DNA of 64,000 nucleotides from an uncultured Rickettsiales bacterium (GTDB lineage Bacteria; Pseudomonadota; Alphaproteobacteria; Rickettsiales; UBA1997): NCBI GenBank assembly GCA_944391075.1, contig CALXSG010000001.1, positions 6,381 to 70,380 of the forward strand, read 5' to 3'. Shown piece by piece: positions 55,737 to 64,000 of this stretch (position 1 is its first letter; each line of letters starts with the position of its first letter). The notes under the pieces were generated by a model. It saw only the letters and a program-made list of their open reading frames with translations, ran no database searches and was not told where the DNA came from. The position numbers and the translations under genes were made by a program.

Positions 55737-55940
55737 TCAATTATAATCAAAATATGATAAAAAAGAAATTTTATTCATATAATCATTTAAACTAAGATTT
55801 AATTTTTCACATATTCTAGGTAAATATTCTCTATTTAATCTAATTCTTCTTTTTTCTATTTTTTGAGCTTTTTGAAAATCTATATTTAAATATCTTACTA
55901 TTTCTCTCATTGAAATGTTTTTTTAATATTCCTAATTCTT
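55737..55940 (-). pseudogene. Decayed XRE-family helix-turn-helix gene remnant
   Basis: The 57-codon ORF (55910..55737) MREIVRYLNIDFQKAQKIEKRRIRLNREYLPRICEKLNLSLNDYM.. looks like helices 2-5 of an XRE HTH. The expected preceding segment RLKELGILKK sits in another frame across an A7 run and is bounded by stops. Confidence 0.45.
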
Positions 55941-56026
55941 TTAGTCTTTATCCTAAATATATTTTTGTTTCATTTCTAGGTAGATTATATATTTTATCTA
56001 AAATAGTGTTAAATTATTATCTTTTA

Positions 56027-56331
56027 TCATATTATGTCCTTAACCTTTGGTTTTGAACCCTAAGAACCGGAGGTTAACGATACTGCTATCAGACAGTCAG
56101 TGGTTTTTAAACCAGAGTTCTGGACATAGCCACACCCTCCGGTTGTCTTGTTATGGGAATAGCAAAACACATTATTATTTTTATCGGTTTTAAATATTAT
56201 AATATTTAATTTCATAATATTTCCTAAAATATTTTAACCGCTCTATGATTGGTTGTGACACTACGAATAATTATGGGTTCACATAATAATTATTCAATTC
56301 AATAATTATATATTATTTTATAAAAGACAAG
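56027..56331 (-). repeat. Copy B of the ~306-bp inverted repeat (reverse complement of copy A)
   Basis: See copy A. Weaker similarity continues to about 56350. The repeat lies between the HTH remnant/tRNA-Ser and the terminator of the substrate-binding-protein gene. Confidence 0.9.
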
Positions 56332-56387
56332 GAAAAGATAAATTTTTAAAATAATAATATTATAATTTTAAAAAAATTTTATTATAA

Positions 56388-56424
56388 AATATGGCAGTTA
56401 TAATTACTTTATAACCGCCATATT
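56388..56424 (-). terminator. Stem-loop terminator downstream of the substrate-binding-protein gene
   Basis: atatggcagttata ... tataaccgccatat, about a 12-bp stem with one mismatch, 40 nt beyond the stop at 56465. Confidence 0.45.
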
Positions 56425-56464
56425 TACATAATTTACAAATATTTGAAAATACTTAATATAATAA

Positions 56465-57415
56465 CTATTTGTTATCTTCTGCGTTTGTAGTTGATTGTTC
56501 TGTTGTTTTTTCTTTTACTTCTTCGCTTGTTGTAGCATTTTCAACTTCATCTGCTGCTTCATTTGTTGCAGTATTTACAACTTCATCTGTTGTTTCGCTT
56601 GTTAATGTATTTTCTGTATTTTCTGTTGCTGTTGTTTCAGTAGATTTTTCTGTTGAAAAATATTTAGCAATTAATTCTTGTAATTTTCCTGTTTCTTTTA
56701 ATTCTTTAATTACACCATTTATTTGTTTTAATAATTCTTTATTATTTTTATTAATAACAACACCAATTTCAGAAGAAACTAATTTAACACCTTCTAAAAT
56801 TTTACAGCCATCATTTGTTAATAAAACTTGTTGAGCAACAGGTTTATCTAAAATTACAGCATCAACTTTTCCAGCTTTTAAATTCATAACTGCAATGGCG
56901 CCACTATTATATTTTACATTTGTAACTGAATCTAATGAATCAGTGTATGTATCTGATGTGGTACCAAGTTCTGTACCAACTTTTTTACCTTGTAAATCTT
57001 CAATAGCAGCGATTGTTGTATCGCCTTCTTTTACAATTAAAGATAATTCGTTATTATAATAACCATCACTAAAATCAAAAGTCTTTTTTCTTTCTTCTGT
57101 GATATCTACACCAGAAATAATTACATCAACTTTTCCTGCGGATAATGCAGCAAATAATGTATTAAATTCCATTTCCTCAAGAACAACTTTTTTATTTAAT
57201 TTTTCACCAATTATATTAGCAAGTTCAACATCTAAACCAGCAGGTTCGCCATTTTCATAATATTCAAAAGGTGGAAAATCAACATTAATACCAACTTTTA
57301 ATGTATCTGGTTCTTTTTGTTTGTCTTTACAAGATACAAGGCAAAGACAACAAAGTATAATTGTAAATAAAGTATAAATTTTTTTTAACATATTTTTACC
57401 ATTTTTATTAGACAT
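56465..57415 (-). CDS. Amino-acid ABC transporter substrate-binding lipoprotein (family 3 SBP) with a T/E-rich C-terminal tail. No adjacent permease or ATPase gene.
   Basis: Lipobox LCLVSCKD. TLKVGINVDFPPFEYYENGEPAGLDVELANIIGEKL is a typical SBP_bac_3 N-terminus. The tail reads STEKSTETTATENTENTLTSETTDEVVNTATNEAADEVENATTSEE. Confidence 0.85.
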   Translation of the reverse strand: MSNKNGKNMLKKIYTLFTIILCCLCLVSCKDKQKEPDTLKVGINVDFPPFEYYENGEPAGLDVELANIIGEKLNKKVVLEEMEFNTLFAALSAGKVDVIISGVDITEERKKTFDFSDGYYNNELSLIVKEGDTTIAAIEDLQGKKVGTELGTTSDTYTDSLDSVTNVKYNSGAIAVMNLKAGKVDAVILDKPVAQQVLLTNDGCKILEGVKLVSSEIGVVINKNNKELLKQINGVIKELKETGKLQELIAKYFSTEKSTETTATENTENTLTSETTDEVVNTATNEAADEVENATTSEEVKEKTTEQSTTNAEDNK

Positions 57416-57851
57416 AATAAGTATTATTTATTAAGTGTAAAAAGTCAATAATTTTTATTAATAAAAATTATTATAATATTAAATAAAAATTAATTATTTC
57501 TATAAAAAGCAAAAATATATTAATAAATATAAATAATAATAAATCATATAAAAATAATATAATATTAAATATTATGAGTTTGTATGATTAAATCCATGCC
57601 TTGAAGAGTAAGATTTACTAATTTAATTTTTTAAATTCATAATAAAAATATTGTAGTTTTATAAACGATATTAATTCTAATGAAACTTGATTATTAGATA
57701 TATAATTAATTTTGACGAATGATAATAAAATATAAATAATAAAACAAATAAATAATAATTTTTTTAAACTAAAAATAATTAATAAATAAAATGTATTTAA
57801 AAGATTTATAAGTTGTTATAGTATTTATAAATATTTGTTGCAAAATATAAC

Positions 57852-57874
57852 AAAAAAGTAGGGAATAACCCTAC
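57852..57874 (-). terminator. Rho-independent terminator of acpP
   Basis: On the minus strand, gtaggg-ttatt-ccctac is followed by tttttt. Confidence 0.65.
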
Positions 57875-57926
57875 CTTTTGTAAATCATTAAAATATACTA
57901 ATCTTAATTCTTTGCTCTTTGATTAA

Positions 57927-58160
57927 TTAGCTGTTTTGAGAAATGTAGTCAACAGCTTTTCCAACTGTTGTAATTTTTTCAGCTGCTTCATCAGGAATTT
58001 CAATACCAAATTCTTCTTCAAAAGCCATAACTAATTCAACTTGGTCTAAACTGTCAGCACCAAGATCATCAATAAAACTTGCTTCTGCAACAACCTTATC
58101 TTCTTCAACACCTAAGTGATCAACGATAATTTTTTTAACTTTTTCTAAAACTTCTGTCAT
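57927..58160 (-). CDS. acpP: Acyl carrier protein
   Basis: [21 protein letters not shown] carries the phosphopantetheine Ser in the DSL motif. Length 77 aa. Confidence 0.95.
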   Translation of the reverse strand: MTEVLEKVKKIIVDHLGVEEDKVVAEASFIDDLGADSLDQVELVMAFEEEFGIEIPDEAAEKITTVGKAVDYISQNS

Positions 58161-58330
58161 ATTTTTGTAAATTAATTAGTAATTTATAGAAATATATTAT
58201 AAACATATTTTTTAAATATCAAGCTTTTTCTTAAATGATATTTAATCTTGATTTTTCAATAGGCTAGAAAATATATTATAATTTTTTTTAAAATAATTTA
58301 TTTAATTAATTAAAAAAATTTATTTGTTTA

Positions 58331-59797
58331 TTGATTATAAAAAAAAATATTCTATATTCTTTACTGTATAATTTTAAAATAGGAAAATTAATGAAAAAAT
58401 TAAAAAATTTAATTATTTCTGGTGTGGAGTGTTTACCTATTGTGGAGGGTGGTAAAGGCATTGGAATGTCTAATTACAATACATCTGGAAATTTTGCAAA
58501 ATGTGGATGTGTTGGTACTATATCTGGTGTAAATCCAGATATTATTGATGATAATGGTGATATTATAGAAATGAATATCAAATCTAAAAATAGAATTGAT
58601 AGACATAAAGAAATGATACAACATTCTATTAAAGGTATAATTTCACAAGCTAAAAGGGCAAAAGATATTGCAGGTAATGCAGGTAGAATTCATTTGAATG
58701 TTCTATGGGAAATGGGCGGTACAGAACAAATATTAAATGAAAGTTTAGATAAAGTAAAAGGCCTTATTAATGGTGTTGTTTGTGGTGCTGGTATGCCTTA
58801 TAAATTATCTGAAATATGTGCTAAATATAAAGTATATTATTACCCGATAGTATCTTCAATGAGAGCATTCAGAGCTTTATGGCTTAGAAGTTTTAAAAAA
58901 ACAAAAGATTGGTTAGGTGGTGTTGTTTATGAATGTCCTTGGAGAGCAGGGGGACACAATGGCTTAACTAATGCTGAGGATCCATTTGTTCCACAAGATC
59001 CTTACAACAGAGTTAGAGATTTAAGAATTTTTATGAATGGAGTTGGTTTACAAGATGTTCCAATTATAGTTGCAGGTGGTGTTTGGAATCTAGAAGAATA
59101 TGAAGATTGGATAGATAACCCAGAACTCGGTCCTATTGCATTTCAGTTTGGAACAAGACCTATGCTTACAAAAGAAACTCCTATTTCCGATTATTGGAAA
59201 AAAGCTTTATTAAATTTAAAAGAAGGGGATGTAAAGACTAACCATTTTAGTCCAACAGGTTTTTATTCATCCGCTATAAATAACGAATTCTTGCAAAGTT
59301 TATATGACAGATTAACCAGAGAAATACCATATAAAATTGTTGCCGATGAGACTTTTAATACAGAAATTGTATGTGGCAAAACGAATAAACATTATTTTAT
59401 TGAAGAAAAAGAAAAAGCTAATGTTGAAAAATGGCTTAAAGCAGGCTATACAGAAGCTCTTAGAACTCCTGATGAAACAATTGTCTTTGTTACACAAGAG
59501 ACAGAAAGAGAAATTCATACCGATATGAAAAATTGTATAGGTTGTTTAAGTTGTTGCCATTTTAGTTCATGGAGCCAATATTTTCCTGAACAAGGTTATA
59601 GTTGTGGTGCAACTCCTGATCCTCGAACTTTCTGTATTCAAAAAGCTTTACAATATGCTAAAAAAGGTATTTATAATGATAAGGCTTTGTTATTTGCAGG
59701 AAGTAATGCTTATAGATTTGCTACGGATCCGTTCTATAAAGATGGTTTTATTCCTACAATTAAACAATTAGTTGATAGAATATTAACTGGAAAATAA
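58331..59797 (+). CDS. Nitronate monooxygenase / FabK-family FMN-dependent oxidoreductase (long form with a C-terminal Cys cluster)
   Basis: LPIVEGGKGIGMSNY, GVVCGAGMPYKL and VAGGVWN are TIM-barrel NMO-like blocks. C-terminal CIGCLSCCHFSSW. The probable true start is MKKLKNL at about 58391. Confidence 0.65.
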   Translation: MIIKKNILYSLLYNFKIGKLMKKLKNLIISGVECLPIVEGGKGIGMSNYNTSGNFAKCGCVGTISGVNPDIIDDNGDIIEMNIKSKNRIDRHKEMIQHSIKGIISQAKRAKDIAGNAGRIHLNVLWEMGGTEQILNESLDKVKGLINGVVCGAGMPYKLSEICAKYKVYYYPIVSSMRAFRALWLRSFKKTKDWLGGVVYECPWRAGGHNGLTNAEDPFVPQDPYNRVRDLRIFMNGVGLQDVPIIVAGGVWNLEEYEDWIDNPELGPIAFQFGTRPMLTKETPISDYWKKALLNLKEGDVKTNHFSPTGFYSSAINNEFLQSLYDRLTREIPYKIVADETFNTEIVCGKTNKHYFIEEKEKANVEKWLKAGYTEALRTPDETIVFVTQETEREIHTDMKNCIGCLSCCHFSSWSQYFPEQGYSCGATPDPRTFCIQKALQYAKKGIYNDKALLFAGSNAYRFATDPFYKDGFIPTIKQLVDRILTGK

Positions 59798-60043
59798 TTA
59801 TAAAAGTAAAATATTGGGCTTTGGAGGCCATTGTAATTTATTTCTCGAAAGAGTTTTTTATTCAATTACTAGCCCAATATTTTGCTAACTACTAAAAGTT
59901 GATAGCAATAATTATACTAAATTTAAGATTGTAAAAGTCAATATATTTTTTTACAATATTTGCCTTATTTTTATATAAAAAAGTTATTGCAATCAAAATA
60001 TTTTACTTGTAAACTCACAGTGTTGAAACAACCACTATAAACT

Positions 60044-61069
60044 ATGGACAAAAATCTAGTATTGGAAAAATTAGAAAAAGCTGGCCTTTTTGGAAAAGGT
60101 GGAGCTGCTTACCCTACATTTAAAAAATGGCAAGGTGTTAGTGAGGCCGAAGGAGACTTAAAATATATTATTGTAAATTCTTCAGAAGGTGAAATGGGAC
60201 TTTTTAAAGATTTATACATATGGAGAAATCATATGGATAAAGTATTTAAAGGTATAGATTACGGAATTAAATTTTTAGATTGTAATGTTGAAGTATATAT
60301 TCATATTAATCAAGACTATTTAAATGAATTACAACCACAACTTTTTAAATATATAAATGATTATAAATGGAGTGGAATAAAATTTCATATTAGCATTGAA
60401 AATCCATGTTATATCGGTGGTGAAGCTAGTGCTTTAATGAATATTATTGAAACAGGTGTAGCACAACCTCGACCTAGAACAAAAAGAACAGTTGTTGCTG
60501 GTTTATTTGAAAAACCTACAATGATGAATAATGTTGAAACATTTTATGATATTGCTAGAATTTTAGATGATGACTACGATAATTGCAGATTTTCTGGTAT
60601 ATTTGGTGATGGTATTGAGAAAAAATTTGTTGCAAGACATAAAATTGATACAAGTATTGCTGATATTTTAAAAGAAAATAATATTGAACCTAATTTTGAT
60701 TATTATGTGCAAATAGGTGGCAGTGCTAGTGGTTCTGTATATGATAAAGAACAATTAAAAGATATTATTATGACAGGTGCAGGTAGTATTGAAATTTTTG
60801 ATAAGTCAAAAAGAAACTTTTTAGTTTTCTTAAAAAGATTAGGTGCATTTTATCAAAAAGAAGCTTGTGGAAAATGTATGGGTAAAACTTTTGCTACAAA
60901 ATTAAATGAAATTATACAAAATTATAATAATGTTGAAGATATTAATGTTGAAGAATTATTACCACATATTAATGATATGAATAAAAAAACATTTTGTAAA
61001 TTATGTAAGAGTTTTAAAACACCATTTATTATGTATTGTAATAATATATTAAAAATGAATATTGAATAA
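60044..61069 (+). CDS. Divergent stand-alone NuoF/HydB-family (Complex I 51-kDa-like, FMN/NADH-binding) protein
   Basis: GLFGKGGAAYPTFKKW (compare GRGGAGFPTG.KW), VNSSEGEMGLFKDL (compare NADEGEPGTFKDR), YIGGEASALMNIIETG (compare YICGEETALLESLEG), NNVETF. The Fe-S motif is degenerate (EACGKCMGKT). Confidence 0.65.
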   Translation: MDKNLVLEKLEKAGLFGKGGAAYPTFKKWQGVSEAEGDLKYIIVNSSEGEMGLFKDLYIWRNHMDKVFKGIDYGIKFLDCNVEVYIHINQDYLNELQPQLFKYINDYKWSGIKFHISIENPCYIGGEASALMNIIETGVAQPRPRTKRTVVAGLFEKPTMMNNVETFYDIARILDDDYDNCRFSGIFGDGIEKKFVARHKIDTSIADILKENNIEPNFDYYVQIGGSASGSVYDKEQLKDIIMTGAGSIEIFDKSKRNFLVFLKRLGAFYQKEACGKCMGKTFATKLNEIIQNYNNVEDINVEELLPHINDMNKKTFCKLCKSFKTPFIMYCNNILKMNIE

Positions 61070-61157
61070 AATTATAAAAAAGTTATTTTTATTCATTTTT
61101 TTGTTGTTTATTTTAAATCTTGTTATATTTTATTAACAGGTTAGTTTTTAATTTATA

Positions 61158-62438
61158 TTGTGTAGAGATATGGAAGGGAGAAAAAAGATATTTATAATAG
61201 CTGGCGAAGCATCGGGAGATTTGTTAGGCAGCAAGATCATGAAATCATTGATAAATAACGATAAAAATGTAGAAATTACTTTTTGTGGTATTGGAGGCGA
61301 AAAAATGGAAAAAGAGGGTCTAAAATCTCTTTTTCCTATGACTGATTTATCATTGATGGGTTTTTTTGAAATTTTACCAAAAGTTTTTAAATTACTTAAA
61401 AGAATTAAACAAACTGTTAAGACTATTATAAAAGAACAACCAGATGCTATATTGACGATAGACTCACCTGGTTTTTGTTTTAGAGTTATGGAAAAATTAA
61501 AAAGTAAAGATAAAAAACTATTTGATTCAGTTAAAAAAATTCATTTAATAGCTCCTAGTGTATGGGCTTATAAGGAAAAAAGGGCTAGAAGAATTTCTAA
61601 GATTTATGACTTATTGCTTTGTATATTACCTTTTGAACCGCCGTATTTTGAAAAATATGGTTTAAGGGCTGAATATATAGGGCACCCAATATTTGATGAT
61701 GATGGCAAATATTCAACAAAATATAGTAGAAATGATTTATCAAAAACATATGGTGTTTCATATGATGATATTATAATAATTTTAACACCAGGAAGTAGGG
61801 AAAGCGAAGTTGATAGAATTTACCCTATCATGATAAAGGCCATTAATTTATTAAAAGAAAGATATAGATATACCTATAAAGATTATCATATTTTTACTTT
61901 TGCTAATAATAATACTAGAGATTTAGTTGATTTTACAGCACATGAATATGAATTTAATACAAAAATAATTACGAATGAAACTGAAAAAGCTAAGATTTTG
62001 TCTTGCGCAAATGTTGCACTTGCAAAGTCAGGAACAAATACATTTGAATTTAATATTTATGGAGTACCATTAGTTATTACATACACATTTAATTGGTTAA
62101 CAAATAAAATTGTTAAAAAAGTTGTTAAAATTAAATACGCTAATTTAGTTAATATTTTAGCTAATGAAGAAATTATACCAGAATTTGTGCTTGATAATGT
62201 TGATCCATCACAAATAGCTGAACAATTAAATAAATTTTTAAAAGATAGACAATTAGGTAAGAAACAAATTGAAGATACAAAAAATATTATTAAACAATTA
62301 GGTTATAATTGTCCAGAAAAGGCTTCTTATTGTGGTGCTAATAAAATACTTGATCTTATTATGAATCAAAATAGCGAAGATCAAGATAAAAATGAAAATA
62401 AAAAAGAAAAAGATGAAGATGAAAAAAATAATAGTTAA
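61158..62438 (+). CDS. lpxB: Lipid-A-disaccharide synthase
   Basis: IFIIAGEASGDLLGSKIM, IDSPGFCFRV, LLCILPFEPPYFEK and ALAKSGTNTFE. The D/E/K-rich C-terminal tail overlaps lptA. The start is probably MEGRKK at 61170. Confidence 0.9.
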   Translation: MCRDMEGRKKIFIIAGEASGDLLGSKIMKSLINNDKNVEITFCGIGGEKMEKEGLKSLFPMTDLSLMGFFEILPKVFKLLKRIKQTVKTIIKEQPDAILTIDSPGFCFRVMEKLKSKDKKLFDSVKKIHLIAPSVWAYKEKRARRISKIYDLLLCILPFEPPYFEKYGLRAEYIGHPIFDDDGKYSTKYSRNDLSKTYGVSYDDIIIILTPGSRESEVDRIYPIMIKAINLLKERYRYTYKDYHIFTFANNNTRDLVDFTAHEYEFNTKIITNETEKAKILSCANVALAKSGTNTFEFNIYGVPLVITYTFNWLTNKIVKKVVKIKYANLVNILANEEIIPEFVLDNVDPSQIAEQLNKFLKDRQLGKKQIEDTKNIIKQLGYNCPEKASYCGANKILDLIMNQNSEDQDKNENKKEKDEDEKNNS

Positions 62439-62931
62439 TATATTTCTAATTACTTTTTTTAGTATAATAAATTATGCTTATTCTAGCTCTATTGGCGCTA
62501 CAAAAATAGATAAAAGCCAACCTTTAAATATTACTGCTGATAAAGTAGAAATTATTAGAGATAAAAGTCAACTTATTTTTGTAGGGGATGTAAAAGCTGT
62601 GCAGGATAAATTTACTCTATATGCTGATAAAATGGTTGTAAAATATAAAGAAACAGAAAATAAAAAAATGGATATAGAAAGTATACAAACTGATAAAAAT
62701 GTAAAATTTACTAATGAAACTGTTGTGGCTATTGGTGATGAGGGTTTTTATGATACTAAAAAAAATATTATTGTAATGAAAAAAAATATCAAAGTAACGG
62801 AGAAAGGTATTACAGTATTTGCTGATGAATTTGTATATGATGTTAATACTGGAAAAACTAATATAGTTGGTAATAAACAACAGAACGAAAGAGTTACCAT
62901 TATTTTAGACAATATAGAAAATTTAAAATAA
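62392..62931 (+). CDS. lptA: LPS transport periplasmic protein LptA (OstA-like)
   Basis: Signal peptide, then PLNITADKVEIIRDKSQLIFVGDVKAVQDKFTLYADKMVV, a typical OstA_N beta-jellyroll repeat. Confidence 0.8.
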   Translation: MKIKKKKMKMKKIIVNIFLITFFSIINYAYSSSIGATKIDKSQPLNITADKVEIIRDKSQLIFVGDVKAVQDKFTLYADKMVVKYKETENKKMDIESIQTDKNVKFTNETVVAIGDEGFYDTKKNIIVMKKNIKVTEKGITVFADEFVYDVNTGKTNIVGNKQQNERVTIILDNIENLK

Positions 62932-62943
62932 TGAATTTAAATA

Positions 62944-62973
62944 AAAAATAAGCTCAAATTTGAGCTTATTTTT
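62944..62973. terminator. Bidirectional terminator between lptA and grpE
   Basis: Perfect 30-nt palindrome aaaaataagctcaaa|tttgagcttattttt with a flanking A-run and T-run. Confidence 0.65.
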
Positions 62974-62976
62974 ATA

Positions 62977-63633
62977 TTATTTTGTTTTTGCTTTTGAAAC
63001 ACCAACTAATGCAGGTCTCAATAATCTATCTTTTATTGTATAGCCAGCTTGCATTACTTGAACAACTTTTCCTTCTTCACCTTCGTGTTCTACTTGCATA
63101 ATTGCATTATGTAAGTCAGGGTTGAAATCTTCGTTTAAAGGAAAAATTCTTACAAGGCCATTTCTTTCAAAAACTTTTTTTAATTCATTTTGAGTTAACG
63201 TTATACCTTCAAAAAAATTTTTAGCAACTTTATCATCGCATAAATCTTCTGTTTTAACATTATCAAAAGCTAAATAAAAATCTTCCATAACAGGTATTAA
63301 ATCTTCTGCAAATTTGCTAATTGCATATTTTGCAGTTTTTTCATTTTCTTCAATAGCTCTTTTTCTAGTGTTATCTAATTCAGCTAACGTTCTCATTAAT
63401 GTTTCTTTTGTTTTTTTATTTTCTTCTTCTAATTCTTCAATTTTTGCTTTCAATTTTTTTTCTTCATTTTTTTCATCATCTTTATTACCAATACCAGACA
63501 ATGATTTCATTGAAGAATTTTTATTATCTTTCTTTTCTTCTTTCTTTTCCTTTATGTTTTGTTCCTCTTTATTTTCTTCCATTTCTTTTTGTTCTTTATT
63601 TTCTTCAACTTTTTTTTCTTTTTTATCAAACAT
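62977..63633 (-). CDS. grpE: Nucleotide exchange factor GrpE with a long K/E-rich N-terminal extension
   Basis: RTLAELDNTRKR, FAEDLIPVMEDF, NPDLHNAIMQVE and GYTIKDRLLRPALVGVSK. Confidence 0.92.
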   Translation of the reverse strand: MFDKKEKKVEENKEQKEMEENKEEQNIKEKKEEKKDNKNSSMKSLSGIGNKDDEKNEEKKLKAKIEELEEENKKTKETLMRTLAELDNTRKRAIEENEKTAKYAISKFAEDLIPVMEDFYLAFDNVKTEDLCDDKVAKNFFEGITLTQNELKKVFERNGLVRIFPLNEDFNPDLHNAIMQVEHEGEEGKVVQVMQAGYTIKDRLLRPALVGVSKAKTK

Positions 63634-63661
63634 TTTTACTAACTTTATTAATCTAATATAG

Positions 63662-63689
63662 ATATAGTTTAATAAGTTAAAAATTCAAG
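63662..63689 (-). promoter_or_regulatory. Candidate sigma-32 (heat-shock) promoter of grpE
   Basis: Minus strand reads CTTG (63689-63686), 17 nt, then ACTATAT (63668-63662), about 28 nt upstream of the grpE ATG. This resembles the alphaproteobacterial RpoH consensus CTTG-N17-CYTATNT. Confidence 0.35.
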
Positions 63690-63771
63690 TTTTTATGTAA
63701 AAATATTGTATAAAATATTGATTTTAAAAAAAATGTTAATACTATTCAAATAAAAGGTTAAATATAGTTTT

Positions 63772-64000
63772 ATGACATATAAAAGTAGTAATTTTGAAGG
63801 TGAGAGAATAGCTAAGGTTATAGCTAGATGTGGTTATTGTTCCAGAAGAGAAGCTGAAAAATTAATAGCTGATGGTTGTGTAAAAGTAAATGGTGTTGTT
63901 ATTACCAGTCCAGCTTTAAATATTACAGATCAATCAATCAAAATCAACGATAAATTGTTAAATACAAAAGAAAAAACTAGATTATGGTTATATAATAAAC
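63772..64000 (+). CDS. RsuA/RluB-family pseudouridine synthase, 5' part (S4 domain), truncated by the window end
   Basis: Hand translation gives MTYKSSNFEGERIAKVIARCGYCSRREAEKLIADGCVKVNGVVITSPALNITDQSIKINDKLL... This is a typical S4 RNA-binding N-terminus of RluB-type enzymes. Confidence 0.75.
   Translation, partial: MTYKSSNFEGERIAKVIARCGYCSRREAEKLIADGCVKVNGVVITSPALNITDQSIKINDKLLNTKEKTRLWLYNK

Noticed and set aside
5128-56331. Reading the inverted repeats as the ends of a composite transposon or genomic island
   Set aside because: The enclosed ~50 kb is core housekeeping content (polA, rimM, era, murA, dnaN, atp genes, ychF). No transposase or integrase is present, so the repeats are better viewed as dispersed copies.
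56405-56425. Possible att-type direct repeat of the tRNA-Ser 3' end (shared ccgccat)
   Set aside because: Only a 7-nt match. The second occurrence is the 3' arm of the terminator hairpin of the substrate-binding-protein gene, which explains it fully.
57416-57926. 510-bp extremely AT-rich spacer between the substrate-binding-protein gene and acpP
   Set aside because: Apart from the acpP terminator hairpin I found no ORF remnant, repeat or structured patch. It is most simply degraded non-coding DNA.
1-64000. Alternative genetic code (TGA = Trp), as found in some AT-rich reduced genomes
   Set aside because: All long conserved genes are intact under the standard code. Trp positions use TGG, and TGA terminates ORFs at sensible positions, for example the atpR-like gene in an ATGA overlap with atpB.
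1-64000. CRISPR arrays, rRNA operons, intact IS elements, integrases, toxin-antitoxin pairs, restriction-modification or other recognisable defence systems
   Set aside because: I found no direct-repeat/spacer periodicity, no rRNA-like GC-rich blocks and no transposase, integrase or nuclease motifs in any frame of the track.

Overview
The window is a very AT-rich (by eye about three quarters A+T), gene-dense bacterial chromosome segment read with the standard genetic code. TGG encodes Trp and TGA is used as a stop. Gene content includes rpoH, lpxB/lptA, mlaD next to a DUF2155-like gene, a lone GTA-g12-like DUF2460 gene, rimM, era, polA, dnaN, murA, grpE and acpP. This points to a reduced-genome Gram-negative, most likely an alphaproteobacterial (Rickettsiales/Holosporales-like) symbiont. 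That taxonomic call is inference only. About 50 CDS, 2 tRNAs (Arg-CCU, Ser-UGA) and several clean stem-loop terminators are supported. No rRNA, CRISPR array, intact IS or integrase is visible. Five things stand out. (1) A 7.4-kb gene encodes a 2458-aa, signal-peptide-bearing, extremely cysteine-rich protein with repeated Sushi/CCP-like and EGF-like cysteine patterns. (2) A 722-aa glycine-rich-domain (ALK/phage-fibre type) protein has a 5' end separated from an SD-preceded ATG by a G10 homopolymer, which is a candidate phase-variation switch. (3) A pair of about 306-bp inverted repeats with a GC-rich, apparently structured core brackets about 50.6 kb. Substitutions between the copies cluster in two short windows with no indels, and one copy lies beside tRNA-Ser and a decayed XRE-type HTH gene. 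(4) An ATP synthase has N-ATPase-like gene order (c, b-delta fusion, alpha, gamma, with no separate delta and no beta/epsilon following). Its c subunit carries a full Na+-site signature, and the atpR-atpB pair sits about 7 kb from the rest. (5) Anaerobe-type redox genes are present: PFOR and an orphan NuoF-family protein. All functional calls rest on motif recognition by eye. No database search was possible.
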